Shown: positions 59,589 to 64,000 of the stretch, in pieces | Layout: every line of letters starts with the position of its first letter | Numbering within the stretch: the first letter of the stretch is position 1 | Assembly: GCA_023920165.1 (NCBI GenBank) | Contig: CP089277.1 | Location: forward strand, 2,046,001 to 2,110,000 | Length of the DNA: 64,000 nt | Source of the DNA: Curvularia clavata | Taxonomy: Eukaryota | Direction: 5' to 3' | The notes under the pieces: model-generated | The model's database searches: none | Seen by the model: the letters and a program-made list of their open reading frames with translations, nothing else | Told to the model about the DNA's origin: nothing | Program-made: the position numbers and the translations under genes

Positions 59589-62090
59589 ACGTGTTGGATA
59601 AGTGAGTGAGCCAGGCAAGCGAGTGAGCTACCCTACCAACTTTGCGCATCTATACAAGCGCGTAGCTCTACTACATTATAATAGTATAGATATATATTAA
59701 TATAGTAGATTAAGTAGTATCTATAGTATTATTTTTATATATACGCGAATTATAGCCAGCCTCTCTACACCTACTATAGCGCGTAAGAGCCTGGCGGCTA
59801 ACACCTAATCGCTCTCCTCTCTAACGCTCTTTATAAGCAATCTGCTTATTAGTATCACGTTAAGTAATAATATCCTCGCTAGCTCCTTTTATAAGTACTT
59901 TTCACTTCTATATCTGCTTTTTTTTATATTATCTACGCTTTAAAGCTACTTTGTTAGTCTTTTTAAGGCTAGCGATTTAATCGCGTATAAGCTCGGCTGA
60001 GAGTATTATTATCTCTACCCCCTTTTTAAGCTAGCTAATTACTATAATAATTAATATTAGTAAAGAGCTTTTATACTGTCGAACGCAATTACTTATTAGT
60101 ATTAATTAAGCTTTAAGCTCGCGTACGTTGCTTAGTATACAGGCCTACTAAAGAGCTTCTACGAGAGTTGGTAGAGCTAGTATAGTTGGCGTACGTAGCT
60201 GCACGTTAAGCTTTAATAGAATAGTATCTAGCTAGAGAGGAATAAGATCTATACCTCAAAAAGCTGAGTAGATATTAGCTGACGTAAACGACTAATTAAA
60301 GGCTGCCTTAAATACTAGTAGAAACTTAAACTTAATAATATAGTTAATATAGTTGCGTATTAGATTCTCTACCTTACGGCTATACGCGCGCTTTAATGGC
60401 GAGAAGCAGCTAACGTTAAAAGGTTAGAGCAGGTGAGACGAGTGAGGCGGCATATAGAGCGTGTAAATACAGTCACACTCCAAAAGTCTGTGCCGCTAAG
60501 CGCTCGGGCCACCATCACCACTTTTTTCCCACAATTTCAACGCTGTGCAACTCCACCAAACTAAGTCTAAAAATAATTTTGAAATAATCAAACTATAGCT
60601 AAAAATCTCAGTATTTTGTTTAGTATCCTTTTGCTTTATGGATAGCGGCGAGACAGCGCAGCATACTCAAAATTAGCTTTATAATCAAAGAATTAGATAT
60701 AGCTAACTACGCCTCGCGCAACCTATTTTCAAACTGCTTCTACTTAATATTTATATTATTTATATAGTTAAACTCAGGATAAAACTTATAAAGTTTCTTT
60801 TTAAGTATCTACTAGAGGTGCTTAATAGGGTTGAGATCTAGAGAATATAGTAGCTAGTCGATCGTTTCTATTCTATAAATTCTTAACTACTATTATAAGA
60901 TTTAAGTAGTGTGGATACGCGCGTTATCCTATATAAATAGCTTGCTAGCTCTATAGTTTAGTAGTAGCCCTTCCTTAAGCGCTTTTAAGTAGCTCCGTGC
61001 CGTATATCTAGCTTAACGCCGTAATAAGTCTCTTTTTATAATTACTAGAGGGCTATAGTCTATAATACTATTAGAATCTATCTAAATTGTAGTCTATACT
61101 ATATAAGCGGGCTACTAACTAGTAGAGACAGCTTCTATTATTTTATAAGACTATTTTTGCTTTAGTAATTGCTATACCTAAGTAGCGTTATGGCTAGATC
61201 TGTGGGCGATACTACACTTATCTAAAAACTTTAAAATAGTCTATCTACTCTACGTGAAATTACGCTAACGCTGTGCAAAAAGTAGATATTTTTTAGCTGC
61301 GATTTTGGTGATAAATAGTCTACGCTTTGCTCTAAACTTATAGTAATCTATTTAAATAAGTACTCGTTAAATTATAGCTTAAGAGATAGTAGAGCGGCTA
61401 GTATTACTATCCTATAGGTTAGTCTCGCAATATAGAGCGCTATATTCGATTCTAGGATTTTGTTTAATAACTTAAAATAGCTAACAATAATCTCTACTAG
61501 ATAATTTAGATAGGCAGTCTATCTAATCGCGCTTTATATAGGTGCCTTCGGTTTTCTATTAGTAGATAACGTTAGATACTGCGCATCGCGAGCAGCTTAG
61601 ACGCGCTGCGATTTCTATCGTTCTATATTTAGCCTCTACTTATACTAAGATATATATATATTGCGCTTCTAATAATTTACTATCTAGTATTCGATTACGC
61701 GAAATCTCAGTGCAAAAAGATCTTATTTAGATGGAGTTGTTTGGTGTTAAAGAAGAGACTACTCTATGGGAATTGGGATGGTGGGGTAGGCCCGTGCTCA
61801 GGGGAACAGACTTTTGAGCTAGTACTGTATTATTCTCCTTACAGAGCTCTTAGAACTCGAGTGACTAGTAGCTTTTATAGCCGTCAAGAATAAGCAGCTA
61901 GTATACTCTAATAACCTTGCTATCTATATACTTAATAAAGTACTTTAGCTACTTAACTCCTAGCTTATTAGTCGTCTAGCCGTTATCGCTAACTGCGATT
62001 ATCTAGTCGCGTGAGATTTCTGCCTTCTCGTACTAGGCAGATAGATAATATTTGCTAGTAAAGATTGAAATAGTGGGATAGACTAGCTAG
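59589..62090 (-). mobile_element. Fot1/Pogo-family element, second subfamily, interrupted twice
   Basis: Starts TA|ACGTGTTGGATAAGTGAGTGAG and is colinear with 55355-56490. Split by Tc1 copy 2 and cut at 62090. Confidence 0.88.
60470..61827 (-). mobile_element. Tc1-family DD34E DNA transposon (copy 2, 1358 bp) nested in the Fot1-like element
   Basis: Same length and ends as copy 1, with a TA duplication. Relic F(S)D(E)CS ... F(MQ)DNARIH-x-DLNPI(E)H has 34 codons between D and E. Confidence 0.92.
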
Positions 62091-64000
62091 TGTAACCATA
62101 CATAGACCAAAACATACCCCAGCCAGGGCAGCTTATTAAGATCCGATCAAGAGCCAGGTTAGACCTAATAAAGACCCGCACCTAGATATAAGTACTAGAT
62201 ACTTTCTATAAATATTTAGTAGATTTTTAATATCCTTTTATACTAGGCCTATAAGTATCTATTAAATCTAAAATATTTCTATTATTCTACGCACTTCTAT
62301 ATACATTTAAGTAACACTTCCTACTAAAATTAATTCGACTAGTCTTACTTACGCTATTACATTATATTAAAAATTTTATTCTAGCTAGTAACAGCCTTTA
62401 AAATAATATTATAGCTTATTTATTAAAACTGCGTCTAAGCCTAAATCCTTTTAGAACTACTCTAGATACTTTATACTATTACATTCTATATTTATATATA
62501 GATAGAATCCTTTTAATCTCCTACTAACTAAAGCCTTTAGATTTAGATCTTCTATACTAATTATAGTTAGATTAACTTTAGAGAAGTCGCATAAATTGCG
62601 CTAGAATAGAGACTTAGAGACTACTAAAAATCTATTAGCTATAAAAATAACTATTAATAGCTAACTAAACTCTATCTAGCTTAGAAAGGTTTTCTAGAAA
62701 GTTACTATACTTCTAAAATTTAAAGTTAAGAGAGAAGACGTCTAGTAAACTGCCAGCTATTAAAGAGGAAGAGAATTTAGAAAAGGATAAGATTAGCCTC
62801 TTTTAAATAGAGATTAATAGGCTAAATAAATAAATTATATAGCTATTCTACTAAAATACTATAGCTCTAGATTAATCTCTTTCTTTTACTAAATTACTAC
62901 TAACTATTACTAAACTAACTAAAACTTAATTTAGAAAGTACTAGTTAGTAATTCTAAATTTACTATATATTAAATTTATAGAATATACCTTTTCTATTAA
63001 TAATTTTAGTAATAGAATAGAAATTATGTTCTACTAATAATAAGCGTTAATAGAGTACTATTTAATAATTAATATAGACTATTATTAGAGTAAATGCGTA
63101 TATATAGCTCTAGTCTAGGGATATACTATAGATATTGCTAAGAGATATCTAGAACTATAGTATCTAGCTAATTTAATAGAGTACTAATTTTAAAATACTA
63201 AAAATATAATAGCTATTCTAGAATTATATTTTATATCTAGTAATAAGTAAGTAGAAAGCTATACTACTTTCTACTACTTACTTATAGATAAAAAAAAATT
63301 TTTTACTAAATTTAAGATAAAATTTATGAGTACTACTATTAAAAAATCTATATTAAAGTTAGAGTGGTTTTTCTATTTATAGGAAAAAATTACCTCTATC
63401 TTATATATTCTAAACTTAGAATTTAAATACTAGTAGAATAACTTCTTTAATAAAATAATATAATATCTTACTACTTTTAATACTAAGTAAAGGAATACTT
63501 TTTTTAGGAATAGTTTAGAATCTACTTCTAATAATTCTTATACTCTACTAATAAAGTCTTATATTAGTTAATACTAAAACTACTATCTAAATACTTATAG
63601 AGTTTAATCTAAACTAACTCTAACTTAATTTTATACTTATTCTAATACTTTAAGATTCTTTTTAAAGAGCCTTATACTAGATAATAAACTAACTACTAAT
63701 AATTACTATAACTATAGAAAATCTAGATATTATACAAATAAGTGCCCTATTTCTTAAGTTTAAGAAATTAAAGTAGAGAAGAAAGAATTCGAAAAAGTAT
63801 ACAAATATTTATTAAAGGAGGACTAGATAGGAAATTACTAGATTTAATAAAACTCTTTATTTTAGATATAAATAAATATAATCTAGCTAAAATTAATTTA
63901 TTCTACTTATTTAGAGGAAAATACCTTCTAGTACTTACTATTCTTTATTTAAAAGAATTTAGTATTAGCTTATATTTTTTAGTTAATACTAGAGTTAAAA
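62091..64000. mobile_element. Probable LTR retrotransposon inserted into the Fot1-like element (runs off the window)
   Basis: Fot1 homology stops exactly where TGTAAC begins. A possible LTR end TTACA lies at ~62361. The internal region is too heavily RIP-mutated to recognise domains. Confidence 0.5.

Larger units (their letters stand above)
50031..64000. repeat. AT-rich, RIP-degenerated transposon block
   Basis: Abrupt compositional shift, no ORF of 60 aa or more after 50314, pervasive TAG/TAA/CTA, and C-to-T/G-to-A differences between repeat copies. Confidence 0.95.

Noticed and set aside
50350..64000. CRISPR array, telomere repeat or hidden effector gene in the AT block
   Set aside because: No regularly spaced repeats, no TTAGGG arrays and no intact GC-balanced ORF island seen.

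Overview
Eukaryotic DNA from a filamentous ascomycete (short GT-AG introns with CTRAC branch sites; the RIP-riddled AT block suggests a Dothideomycete/Pleosporales, which is inference). Positions 1 to ~49.5 kb are gene-dense. They hold a C2H2-type TF fragment, a HET-domain pseudogene, and THI5/NMT1 with an intronic TPP riboswitch. Next comes a three-gene putative polysaccharide locus: a short chitin-synthase-like GT2, a UDP-N-acetylhexosamine dehydrogenase and a CE4 deacetylase. These are followed by a DHA1 MFS pump and housekeeping genes (BDP1, BRE1, SPO12, ureF, SGNH hydrolase, DUF2423, SIZ1, M24 peptidase, CWC27, ALE1), a PTH11-like membrane protein, an amidase-MFS-Zn2Cys6 cluster, a derlin and the centromeric histone CenH3. 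From ~50.0 kb to the end is an ORF-free, TpA-rich, RIP-degenerated block of nested transposons (two Tc1 DD34E copies, two Fot1/Pogo copies, a probable LTR element) set in older unclassified repeats. Best candidates for novelty are the GT2/dehydrogenase/deacetylase locus, the CenH3 gene abutting a possibly centromeric block, the riboswitch-splicing-uORF architecture, and a fully open retained intron in the DUF2423 gene. Exon boundaries were read by eye and no database searches were run.
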